This document shows, piece after piece, positions 11,522 through 22,819 of a DNA stretch of 64,000 nt; within the stretch, counting starts at the first letter, position 1; every line of letters begins with the position of its first letter. The stretch comes from Octopus sinensis. Taxonomy: Eukaryota. The stretch lies in assembly GCF_006345805.1 (NCBI RefSeq), contig NC_043011.1, forward strand, positions 5,456,001 to 5,520,000, given 5' to 3'. The notes under the pieces were generated by a model. That model made no database searches. It saw nothing but the letters and a program-made list of their open reading frames with translations, and was not told the origin of the DNA. The translations under genes and the position numbers were made by a program.

Positions 11522-12990
11522 TGATGCCCTTCCTAATGCCAACCACTCCAAGAGTGGAGTGGGTGCTTTTACATGCCACCGACACAAGGGCCAGTCTGGC
11601 TGTACTGGCAACAGCCAGGCTCAAATGGTGCTTTTTACGTGCCACCTGCACAGGAGTCAGTCCAGCGGCACTGGCAATGACCTTGCTCGAATGTTTTGTT
11701 CACGTGCCAGTAAGGTAACGCAGGTAATGATCACACTCAAATGGTGCTTTTTACGTGCCACCGGCACGGAAGCCAGACAGCTGATCTGGCAGTGATCCTG
11801 CTCGGATGGAGCTGTTAGCGCTCCACTGGCACGGGTATTGTATTTAAATTGTTGTAATGATTGCATTATTCAATTAAATGGAAGTTTCCAGAAATGGTTG
11901 TACTGCATCACTACTTGATAACCTGTTGCTTATTTTGATTTAATATATATATAGTCCACTTATGCATACCTTTCCTTCTGGGGACACAAAACTACTTGTG
12001 AAGACCTGTTGAGGCAAGTGAGAATCGAAATCGATCAACATCAATGGAAATTGCGGCTGTGATACCAGTGCCGGTGGCACGTAAGAGAACCATCCGAACG
12101 TGGCCGTTGCCAGCGCCGCCCCAACTGGCCTCGTGCCAGTGGCACGTAAAAAGCACCATCCGTTCGTGGCCGTTGCCAGCCTCACCTGGCCCCTGTGCCG
12201 GTGGCACGTAAAAAGCACCATCCAATCATGGCTGTTTGCCAGCCTCGTCTGACACCTGTACCGGTGGCATGTAAAAATCACCCACTACACTCACGGAGTG
12301 GTTGGCGTTAGGAAGGGCATCCAGCCATAGAAATATTGCCAGATCAGACTGGGCCTGGTGCAGCCATCTGGCTTACCAGACCCCAGTTGAACTGTCCAAC
12401 CCATGCTAGCATGGAAAGCGGACGCTAAACGATGATGATGATGATATATATGCCACAAATGTGTTAAGACTGGCCCCTCTGGTGGTGAAAAGCACCCATG
12501 TGGTGACATGTAAAAGCGCCCATGCAGTACCATATAAAATGCCCATGCGTCACCAGCACCCGTGCAGTGCCACGTAAAAGCACCCAGCACATTCTGTAAA
12601 GTGGTCGGCATTAGGAAGGCCATCATCCAGCTACAGAAACCAAGCCAAATCAGGCTGGAGTCTTATGCAGCTCCCCAACCTTGCCAGCCCTGGTCGAACC
12701 TATTTCTTTACTGCCCACAAGGGGCTAAACATAGAGGGGACAAACAAGGACAGACAAAGGGATTAAGTCGATTATATCGACCCCAGTGCATAACTGGTAC
12801 TTAATTTATCGACCCCGAAAGGATGAAAGGCAAAGTCGACCTTGGCGGAATTTGAGCTCAGAACGCAACAGCAGACGAAATACCGCTAAGCATTTCGCCC
12901 GGCGTGCTAACGGTTCTGCCAGCTCGACGCCTTGTCAAACCATCCAACCCATGCCAGCATGGAAAACGGATGTTAAATGATGATGATGAT
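11522..12990. mobile_element. Cluster of RTE 3'-UTR/tail-derived elements (11522-11830 -, 11955-12445 +, 12490-12990 +)
   Basis: Shared ggttggcgttaggaagggcatccag...ccaacccatgctagcatggaaagcggacg + (GAT)n tail. Confidence 0.8.
12700..12930 (-). mobile_element. SINE family B, full length, inserted into an RTE-tail element
   Basis: Reverse complement of the family B consensus; splits ...gtcgaacc / ..gtcaaaccatccaacccatg. Confidence 0.85.
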
Positions 12991-13990
12991 GATATATCGG
13001 ATCATTAGTATAATATATTTAAAAGAAAAGGTATTTCTCTGTAATGCACTGTAATGCATGCCCAGTTACACATTAACCGGTTGTTGCATTTTCCAGACCA
13101 AAATACATGTTGCATGCACATGTAGGAAAACAAAAATTATTGTTAATGCTATTTGAAATTTTTACTTGGCAGTTCAATCTTACAATCTGGTTTGCTTTTG
13201 TGAAATAAGACGTCTAAAAATATTTATTGCTTAGTGTTCACTTGGCAGAATTATGAGATCTGTTCATTTTGGCTCACAGATTTTTTAATTTATTATTTCT
13301 AACTAAACAGTTTGAAACTTTGTATACTGGTGGAATGTCTTGTGCAGAACACGGTTTACTTTGAACATTTTTTACAAACTCACCGGTAAAATTTCCACTT
13401 ATTTCTTATTTTAATTTTCCTAAAATTTTCGTTGCATCTTGTAACCTTTTCAATAGTCTTGACTCTGAGTCAAGACTATTGAAAAGGTTGCAAGACGCAA
13501 CGAAAATTTTAGAAAAATAAGAAATAAGTGGAAATTTTACTGGTGAGTGTGTTAAATTATAAGGTACAAAAAGAAAATGACTCTCCCCAAACACAACAGA
13601 ATATGCTTCAACACACGAACTCATATAAAGAATGTTGCAAACCAAATCCAAAGACAAAATTTCATATTTTAGAAGTTATTTCGTGTTAAAGTTGTCGTAT
13701 TTGAATAATTTCAGCCAATCAACGACATGTATTTGGTTGAAGAATGGTACTGCTGTTTGTAATAGTAATCAGATTTTTTAAAAAAAGGGGGTTTTTTTTC
13801 ACATAATTGTATCAATTCTGTTATGCAAATGACAGAATCAAAAAAAATTTGTAAAAATTCATAAAAATAGAAATGTTATGAGGGATTTTAGCATGTGTTT
13901 ACATCATAATTCCACCAATCGTTTTTATTAAAGCTTATGTTTAGTTGTGTGTTATTTTCCCAGTTAATATATCTTATTCAGTTAATATTC

Positions 13991-14139
13991 TAGGTGCAGG
14001 AGTGGCTGTGTGGTTACAAGCTTGCTTCCCAACCACATGGTTCCAAGTTCAGTCCCACTGCCTGGCACCTTGTGCAAGCGTCTGCTACTATAGCCTTGAG
14101 CCGACTAAAGCCTTGTGAGTGAATTTGGAAGCCTGTCAT

Positions 14140-14189
<50 letters not shown>

Positions 14190-14400
14190 GTATGTATTTG
14201 TGTGTCTGTTTATCCCCCCACCATCGCCTGACAAACAATGTTGGTGTATTTATATCCCCCGTAATTTAGCGGTTCAGCAAAAGAGACCAATAGAATAAGT
14301 ACTAGACTTACAAAGAATAAGTCCTGGGGTCGATTTGTTCGACTAAAAAGGCAGTGCTCCAGCATGGCCACTGCCAAATGACTGAAAAAAGTAAAAGAAT
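13991..14400 (+). mobile_element. SINE family A
   Basis: Same consensus. Confidence 0.85.
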
Positions 14401-14576
14401 ATAAGAATTATTAATTCATCATTGTTTTTTTAATATCAAATGCACTTTCCGTTAATAACTGCTTTGTAGTATTTCATCTTCCAGGTTTCTGCTTTCCTGG
14501 ATCATTAGTAATATATTTATGTATTTCATCCACAAAATCCTGAGTTACTGAGGGTTTTTGTGGTTTCTTTATATTA

Positions 14577-14980
14577 TAGGCGCAGGAGTGGCTGTGTGGT
14601 AAGTAGCGTGCTAACCAACCACATGGTTCCGGGTTCAGTCCCACTGCGTAGCATCTTGGGCAAGTGTCTTCTGCTATAGCCCTGGGCCGACCAATGCCTT
14701 GTGAGTGGATTTGGTAGATGGAAACTGAAAGAAGCCTGTCGTATATATGTATATATATATATATGTGTGTTTGTGTGTCTGTGTTTGTCCCCCTAGCATT
14801 GCTTGACAACCGATGCTGGTGTGTTTACGTCACCGTCACTTAGCGGTTTGGCAAAAGAGACTGATGGAATAAGTACTGAGCTTACAAAGAATAAGTCCTG
14901 GGGTCGATTTGCTCGACTAAAGGCGGTGCTTCAACATGGCCGCAGTCAAATGACTGAAACAAGTAAAAGAGTAAAGAGTA
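14577..14980 (+). mobile_element. SINE family A
   Basis: Same consensus. Confidence 0.9.
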
Positions 14981-14988
14981 TATGTGTA

Positions 14989-15035
<47 letters not shown>

Positions 15036-15044
15036 AATAAACAT

Positions 15045-15342
15045 CGCCCTCATCAAGCCTAGCCAGGCCCGGTTTCCCGGTTTCTGTGGCGTATGTGTTC
15101 CCCCACCCCAGCTGGACGGGACGCCAGTCCATCACAGCATTACTCAAGAAACAGGAAGAGAGAGTGAGAGAAAGTTGTCAGGAAAGGGTACAAGAGGGGT
15201 CGCCACCACCCCCTACCAGAGCCTCGTGGAGCTTTTAGGTGTTTTTGCTGAATAAACACACACAATGCTCAGTCTGGGAATCGAAACTGCAATCCTCTGA
15301 CCGCAAGTCCGCTGCCCTAACCACTGGGCCATTGCGCCTCCA
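15045..15342 (-). mobile_element. tRNA-derived SINE with a V-SINE-like central/3' region
   Basis: Minus strand: ggaggcgcaatggcccagtggttag (A-box), gtttcgattccc (B-box), then gatggactggcgtcccgtccag...gccacagaaaccggg. Confidence 0.6.
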
Positions 15343-15699
15343 TATATATAAATAGATATATGTATATGTGTGTGTGTATTAGATTATACATTAGATTCAC
15401 TTCAACATTTATTTTTCAAAAACAATTGCAGTGTGGAAGATGCATCTATGCAGCATGAAGTTTTGTCAGTGAACAGGTCGCAGTTTCAGAGCGACAAAAA
15501 TATTTTGACACAAATTAAATTTAAATGTTGAAGTGAATCTAACGGTTTTTTGTGTGTTCTTAAATGGTTTACAATCATTTTCCACGTTGCAATTGTTTTT
15601 GTTTCAGCACACGATCTCAGATCAAGTCACTTGCTATGCAAGTACATCTCCGTAATTTAATTTTCATTTGTGTCAGAATTTTTGTTGCTCGACGGCTAT

Positions 15700-17100
15700 C
15701 GCAGACAAACTTTATCCAGGACAGACACCAGCTGACAGACAAGATTTAACCGACAGAGTATTTAATATGACACTTAGGGATCTCTTGTGTGATATTTTGG
15801 AGAAGAATGTTTTGGGAGAGGTTGCAGGGTACATGTGGACTATAGAGTTTCAAAAGCGTGGACTACCCCATTGTCATATGTTGTTCATAGTAAAAAAAGA
15901 TCCTGAACATTATGATGAATTTGTTTATGCAGAACTTCTAAATTCATCAACACAACCAATTCTGTTTCAACATGTCACCAAAAGCATGCTACATGGACCA
16001 TGTGGAAGAGACAAACCCAAAGCAACATGTATGGTTGATGGGAAATGTAAAAGACATTTCCCTAGAGACTTTCTGGAAAATACATGACACAGTTATAATG
16101 GCTATACACTTTACTGACGTTGAAATAATGGTTTTACATTTACAATCATCATCATTGTTCGATCGTGGTCGAGACAATGGAATTTACCATGCTACGCCAG
16201 ACTTCATGGTCCATCATGGCATTACGGAGGTCCTGTTGCTGGATGCCTGTATCCCTGGAGATTACATCAGGGTAGGAGAGTGTGCGCCCTCTGGTATTGC
16301 GAGTGGATGGCTTCCAGAGGAGAAGAGTAGAAATTGCCTCGTTTTCAGCTCTACAACAATGTCCAGCAAACTGGACTCTTCTACCTTTCTCCTACATTTA
16401 CAAAGTCTAATGATGAATTAGATAATCGTTCAGTATTACCATATTCTCTTCTTTTGAGGGAGGTCATTGTGATGAGAGATGAGTGAATCTGTAGAATCAG
16501 TTAAATATATTAGCAAATACATTCACAAAGGTCATGATCGGGTGACAGTCAATATTAGGGGACAAACCAATGCACAACGAACACACAAAGATGAAATTGA
16601 ATATCATATCACTGGCCACTATGTATCCTCATCAGGGGCAGTCTGGAGGATTTTGGGGTTCAAATTACAGGGTTCATATCCTGCAATCAGACAGCTTACA
16701 GTTCATTTACCCCAGCAGCAATACATTTACTTTAATGTTGATGATGATATTGAACACGTTATCCACACACACACGACAGCTCCACTCTCACTGAATGGAT
16801 GTGAGTCAACCGGGCACCACCAGCAATCCACTCATTTGCATGGACTTTACACTCTACTGATTTCCCTGAATTTTACACATGGAATAATAGTGAGAAGATG
16901 TGGCATCTCAGAAAAAAATAATAACACACTCAATTGGGTGTATCTATTTTGTTTCACCAAAGGAACAAGAGCTAGTCTATCTGAGAGCTTTACTATATCA
17001 TATTCCTGGAGCTATATCATTTGAAGATATGAGGACTGTTAATGCTGTTGTTTGCCATAGTTACAAAAAGGCTGCAATAGCACATATGACCGTGAATACT
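15700..17100 (+). mobile_element. Decayed Helitron Rep (HUH endonuclease) coding remnant, interrupted at about 16135-16480
   Basis: IEFQKRGLPHCHML (HUH), MLHGPCG..CMVDGKCKRHFP, SVKYISKYIHKGHDR, AVWRILGF, YLRALL..IPGAISFEDMRTV; frameshifts and stops present. Confidence 0.9.
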
Positions 17101-17272
17101 ATCGGACTATGGAGTTTGCAAATATTTCGGCTACTCCATATCAGATGTGAAGACTTTTCTGCTCCATTCTTAATTACTGCATTCTATATGTTTACTTATG
17201 TATATATATTACACATATATGTTAGAATGTAAAATACGCCATCTTAAGATAGCATGTTTGCACTAGTATGCA

Positions 17273-17343
<71 letters not shown>

Positions 17344-17603
17344 GTATGTGTGTGGCACCTTGGGCAAGTGTCTTCTGTTACAGCCTCAGGCTGACCAAAG
17401 CCTTCTGATTGAATTTAGTCGGTGGAAGTTTCTGTCGTGCATGTACATGTGTGCATAAATGCTTGTGCTTCCTAACAGAGAAGAGGAAAATATACACACA
17501 TGCATACAATATTTTTAAAATACAAATACAAACAACATCGAAAAAAATTCAAAGCACAAATGACAGTTTACTGTTTTTAATTGCAAGTAAATTCTCATTG
17601 TAG

Positions 17604-17833
17604 GTTCGCACAAGGGGACAGGAATAAAACCTATTCGTTGGGTTGTTCCGGAATCCCAAAGCCTGTACCAGATTTGTAATTGCAAGTACACAAAAAATCC
17701 TCCTCACTGTGATGCGACTCATGTTTATTTACCAACAGAAGTGCTGCATAGAAAGGCCACATGTGAGAACAAAAGTTCCCATGTAGACACATGCAAACTT
17801 TGCACTCAATGTGGTTGGGTGCCTGATTTTTAA
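17604..17833 (+). CDS. CISD3-like terminal coding exon 3 (GSHKGTGIKPIRW...CNCKYTKNPPHCDATH...CKLCTQCGWVPDF*)
   Basis: Acceptor ttgtag at 17603; the phase-1 join completes CDGSH; a second motif CNCKYTKNPPHCDATH follows; stop TAA at 17831-17833. Confidence 0.93.
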
Positions 17834-17850
17834 TACTAGAAACCTTCGTT

Positions 17851-17864
17851 ATTAAAGAATTAAA
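17851..17864 (+). promoter_or_regulatory. Candidate polyadenylation signals (two ATTAAA) of the CISD3-like gene
   Basis: ATTAAA at 17851 and 17859, just after the stop and followed by a GT/T-rich tract near 17884-17912. Confidence 0.35.
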
Positions 17865-18114
17865 AGCAAATACTTTATCTAAAGGGTGTTTCATTTTTCT
17901 TTTATGTTTTGGCTATTTCATAGGTTGGTGTGTAAAGGCTTGTGGCCTAATAGCTAGGGTGTTTGGTTCATGGTCATAAGGTCATTGGTTCAATTCCTGA
18001 AGAGGGCAGCTTGTTGTGTCTTTGGCCAAGGCATTTCCTTTCATTTCATGATGCTTTAGTCTATTCAGCTGGAAATGAGTACAAGCTGGGTGTTACTCAC
18101 TGTCCAATGAAAAT

Positions 18115-18260
18115 ACACACATACACACAAAAACATATACACATAAAAACATATACACACAAAAACATATACACATAAAAACATATACACACAAAAACAT
18201 ATACACACAAAAACATATACACACAAAAACATATACACACAAAAACACATACACACACAC
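18115..18260. repeat. About 20-bp minisatellite (acacacaaaaacatat)n
   Basis: Tandem units visible directly. Confidence 0.85.
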
Positions 18261-18501
18261 ACTCGCATACATATGCATCAGGCCATGTATCCATACATAC
18301 ACACATGCATAAGTTTGCTTCCCAGCCACATGGTTCCAAGTTCAGTCCCACTTTGTGGTACCTTGAGCAAATGCCTTCTACATTAGCTTTGGACCAAGTT
18401 AAAGTGTTAACCATGATAATATGTATTTCTATGTATGTATGTCTTTGTGTATACATACATGTATACATATATACGTGCATACATAGATAGATACATACAT
18501 A

Positions 18502-19384
18502 TGAGGTCTGATCAATAAGTATCCGGACTGTTGCCATAGTAACGAAGTAAAAGCATGCAGAGTGAAGCCACTTGGTACAGATTGACCTTGAACTCTGTTG
18601 TGTATGTGCACTAAGTTTCAAGGTTCTTGCTCACTTCCGCTGTTTAGAGCAGTGCTTGACAGGAAGGTGTGTAGTATGTGATCGTTGCATTGACCATGAG
18701 AGAGAAAGTTGTCTTGGTGATACCTGCTCGGAGTCCTACACAAAGTTGCAGAAAGTGTATGCGCTGCACACAAGTGTACGAGTGGTTCAGACGTTTCCAA
18801 GATAGCTGAAAAAATGTTGATATTGATGAACGTTCTGAGAGACACTCAGCCAGCAGAACTAAGGAAAACATCGCTGATGTGCGTGTAGCTGTGGGGGTAA
18901 ATCAATGAGTCACCATCCGTGAGTTATCAGAGGATGTGCAGATTAGTTACAGTTCAGTTCAATTCATTATCACTGAAGGTTTGTGTATGAGATGCATGTC
19001 TGCCAAGTTTGTGCCAAAAGCTGCTTTCAAGCTGACCGAAAAGACACTTGGGTTTCAGTTGCACAAAATCTCTTTGATTGTATCAAGAATGATAAAAACT
19101 TTTTGTAAATCATGCATATGCCTCTGAGCAAGTATCACCAAGCTATTGGCAAAATTTGAGGCAGATTCTCTGCTCAATTTTCTCTGTCATCGTCAATGTG
19201 ATGATCACACACTACACACCTTCCTTCCAAGCACTGCTGTAACCAGCGGAAATGAGCTTGAATGTTAAAACTTAGTGCACATGCATAGCAGTGTTGAAGA
19301 TCACTGTGTGCCAAGTGGCTTGACTCTCCATGTTTTAGCTTCGTCACTATAGCAGCAATCTGGATACTTATGGATCAGACCATG
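18502..19384 (+). mobile_element. Mariner-like transposon remnant
   Basis: TIRs tgaggtctgatcaataagtatccggact / atctggatacttatggatcagacc; internal decayed transposase (SAKFVPK, compare WVPK/WVPH). Confidence 0.7.
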
Positions 19385-20315
19385 TATGAATAATTTTGTT
19401 AGACTCTCAAGAATCAAGACACATCAACCTGTAGGATGCTAAAATTGGCTAGGTGCGATAACCTAGAGTTCACAGTGAAATAAACAAAATTGAAGACTCC
19501 AAGTGTTGGTAGGATGCTGTAGATATGCAAATACCAAATCCACTTTATAACTATGGATCCGTCTCTTTGAACTGTAGTTAACAAAGCTAAACACAAATGG
19601 CATTTAAGATTTGTGTGTATATGTATACACACGCACACACACATCCATTTATTTATTTGTGTGTGTGTGTGTGTATAGTTGTATGTTGTGGTTAAAATGC
19701 TGGGCTCGTGATCACAAGTTTGTGGGTTCAGTTTCTGTGTTAGTTTGTATCCTTGGTCAAGACACTTTATTTCACACTGCCCCAGTTTACTCAGTTAATG
19801 GTGGTGCAGCTCTCTCTTTTTCTGGATGTTCTGCTAGGTCAAGGGTGAAGAGGTGAGTTGGATGGGTGGGTGAGTGCAAGAAGGTGTCTATGTCAGCTTG
19901 TAACTACGCAGGCACCTAAAACACTTAGTGAAAGCATGGTACATGTTACTACGAAGCTATACTTTTTTAGAGCAAGCGTGATAGCTTGCTCTAACCGTAT
20001 AACCTGATTGTGACTGGAGAGAAATATATCAAACATACTCTGCTGGATGTATAATGGTTATCATGTGGTCCGAAGGAAGAGAAAGGAAAACTAGGTCCAA
20101 CCCTTTAGCATTCAGATTATTCTGTCAAATGTAATCCTTGTTTATTCAGTGTTTTGAGTTAATCCTGGATTATCTCATAGCTTCAACATTTTGATGATGT
20201 GAGTGTTTAATTTTAGAATGACATTGTAGGGTAAGTGTGAACGGCCAGATCTAGCAGAATATTTGGGATGGATTTGGTTGGTTTAAATGCTAAAGGAATT
20301 AGATGTTGTGTTGTT

Positions 20316-20562
20316 GCGGTTCTCAACCTGAGTACACACGGTTCTTGGGGGTTCTCATAAGATTTTGTTGTTAAACTTTATCTGTAAGAAACTGGTTATA
20401 TTTCCACAATATACTTTTTAAAATACAATTCCTAATAATATTTAATGATAAAAATACAGCAAGATTTTTTTTTATATACATCGAATGGCTATGGTGGTCC
20501 AGAGGAGTAAAATAGGAATCTCAGGGGGTCCTTAGGCAAAGAAAAAATGGTTGAGAACCACT
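20316..20562. mobile_element. hAT-like MITE
   Basis: TIR gcggttctcaacc / ggttgagaaccac. Confidence 0.5.
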
Positions 20563-20574
20563 AATGTAGTTAAT

Positions 20575-20879
20575 ACAGTTCTATATTTAAGAGATGAGGA
20601 ATTATTTACATTATTTACATTTGACAGATATTCGTCCTCATCTAGTTTGTTGTTAACTCAACATTTCGGCTGATATACCCTCCAGCCTTCATCAGGTGTC
20701 TTGGAGAAATTTTGAACATGGGTTCTCATTCCTAAGGTATTTTCGATATTATTAGTAGTAGTAGTATTAGTATTATCATTATTATTCAGGGCATATGGCA
20801 TAGTGGTTAAGAGCGCAAGCTACTAATCCCAAGATTCCGAGTTCGATTCCAGGCAGTGATCTGAATAATAATAATAATG

Positions 20880-20913
<34 letters not shown>

Positions 20914-21063
20914 TAACAACAACATCGAAAAATACCTTAGGAATGAGAACCCAGGTTTGAAATTGCCCCATGACACCTGATGAAGGCTGGAGGATATATC
21001 ATCCGAAATGTTGTGTTAAAAACAAACAAGATGAGGACAAATATCCGTTGAATGTAAATAATG
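20575..21063 (+). mobile_element. Composite non-autonomous element: inverted 3' copy + tRNA-like head (20789-20865) + (AAT)n + Penelope pLTR-like tail with a minimal hammerhead motif
   Basis: A-box TGGCATAGTGG and B-box GAGTTCGATTCC; CTGATGA-AGGCTG..CATCC-GAAA motif at 20972-21017 (+) and its inverted copy at 20655-20700; arms 20575-20790 and about 20862-21063 are reverse complements. Confidence 0.75.
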
Positions 21064-22059
21064 CACTAATGTAGTGTGCAAGAGAGACAAGTGCATTCTT
21101 ATGGACAAGAAATAAGTAAGAATGATGCCAAAAGAAGTGTCAGGAGATCCAAGTGGAATGGAAACTGTGGAAGAGGCAGACCAGAGAAGACGTGGGAAGA
21201 AGCGATGAAAACTGATGTCAGAATTTTGAACCTCATGAAGGAGACGACAAAAAAACCACGACAAGCGGTGGGATGCTGTGGCAGACCCATCCAACCTGTT
21301 ACGTGGTTCAAACATTTCCCTTCTGTGAACAATCACTGCCCTGCTAAACACCCCGTGCTTACTTCACCCTGACATTTGCTACCCTTTGTGAGCACACAGT
21401 ATCTACAAGGGGGCGCTGTCACCCAAGTTATGAATTATTGACATAGAAGTCTCTTCTGTGATTGGAAGACTTTTAGATTGTTGTTATCGTTATAAGGTGG
21501 CGAGCTGGCAGAATTGTTAGTACGCCGGGCGAAATGCTTATCGGTGTTTCGTCTGCCGCTACGTTCTGAGTTCAAATTCCACAGAGATCGACTTTGCCTT
21601 TCATCCTTTGTCTGTCATGTTTGTCCCCTCTATGTTTAATCCCTTGTGGGCAATAAAGAAATAAGATTGTTGTTATCGTTATTGTTTAACCTGTCCAACA
21701 TTTGATTAAAGACATTCCAGCCATGACCACTTCACCTTTTGCTTTGTGCAGGAAGATGTCTGGGAAGGTATTATGTAATATGTCCTTTCCTTATTTAAGG
21801 TGATTTAATGTTCGATAGTTATTTCTTGATTGTCGAATAACCCTTTGAAGTTTCCTTGTTGGAAACTGGAATCGAAGCCAAGTAATCCCTTCAACATTAC
21901 GACCCGTTTCCAATCGATATGTTTTTGCCCTCGATTCATTTTCCTTTCAAATGTCTCGTTAATTTTAAGAGACTGATTTATGTCCCTTGTTATTGTAAAA
22001 GTTACTTCCCTTGTATTGTCAACTATACAGAACGTTTATTTTCTTTTTGCTCTCATCGC

Positions 22060-22770
22060 AAAACGTATAACTCTTCCGTCGAATTTCTCGATATTTCTGT
22101 CTGCATACATCACTCCGCTCTCACCACCTCCGTCCACTACAAACACTCAGACTCACATTCCCACCTTAACTTCTCCACCCCCACACCCTACCCACAAAAA
22201 GCTCTCCATCCCCTACTCCCACGACCATGACTTTGAGGCCCAGTCTTAACTCATGGCTCGCCACATCACCCAAGTGTATATCCTCTCACCAATATTCAAA
22301 CTGGCCTTGCTCGGACACGATCTCTGGACCGTGCCTCTGGTCTTTCTCCTCGCACCCGCCCCACCCTTACTCGTCTCCCGTTTCCTCTCAACCACCCCCC
22401 TCCACCCTACCACTCCAACGAACCATTCTCCGAGCCTTTCGGCGACTCCAGTTTGACCCCTCCACCTGACACATCTTCCCTAACCCACCCCTTCCCTCCT
22501 TCAAACGAGCCCATAATCTGCATGATCTCTTGGTCCATAGTTTCTTTCCTACGCTACCTCCCAGCCTGGCCCCTTCCCATGCTCTTGCACACGCTGTCAC
22601 ACCTGCCTCTACCCCCTCCAACACCACTATCCTCACTGGTATCCATCACCGACTCTTTTACCTGCACCTCCAGTAATGTTATTTACTTCTGCTTTCTCTC
22701 TCTTTCCCTGTACATTGGTCAAACGGGATGCCGCTTGGCTGATTGGTTCGCAGAGCACCTCTGAGGCATT
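22060..22770 (+). mobile_element. Penelope-like element remnant (RT thumb plus GIY-YIG)
   Basis: VEFLDISV..LTTSVHYK..DSHS.L; FTCTSSNVIY..LYIGQTG.RLAD.FAEHL. Confidence 0.8.
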
Positions 22771-22819
22771 AGAATCGTCAGTGACATCCCAGATTTGTTG
22801 CCTGTGTACTGTCAGTCTG

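Noticed and set aside
11090-12290. CRISPR-like repeat/spacer appearance of the gtgccggtggcacgtaaaaagcacc units
   Set aside because: The intervening sequences are themselves homologous, the units sit in RTE LINE 3' UTRs, the context is eukaryotic, and there are no cas genes.
20789-20865. Functional tRNA gene
   Set aside because: A and B boxes are present, but there is no acceptor-stem pairing and it is embedded in a multi-copy element; it is a SINE-type head.
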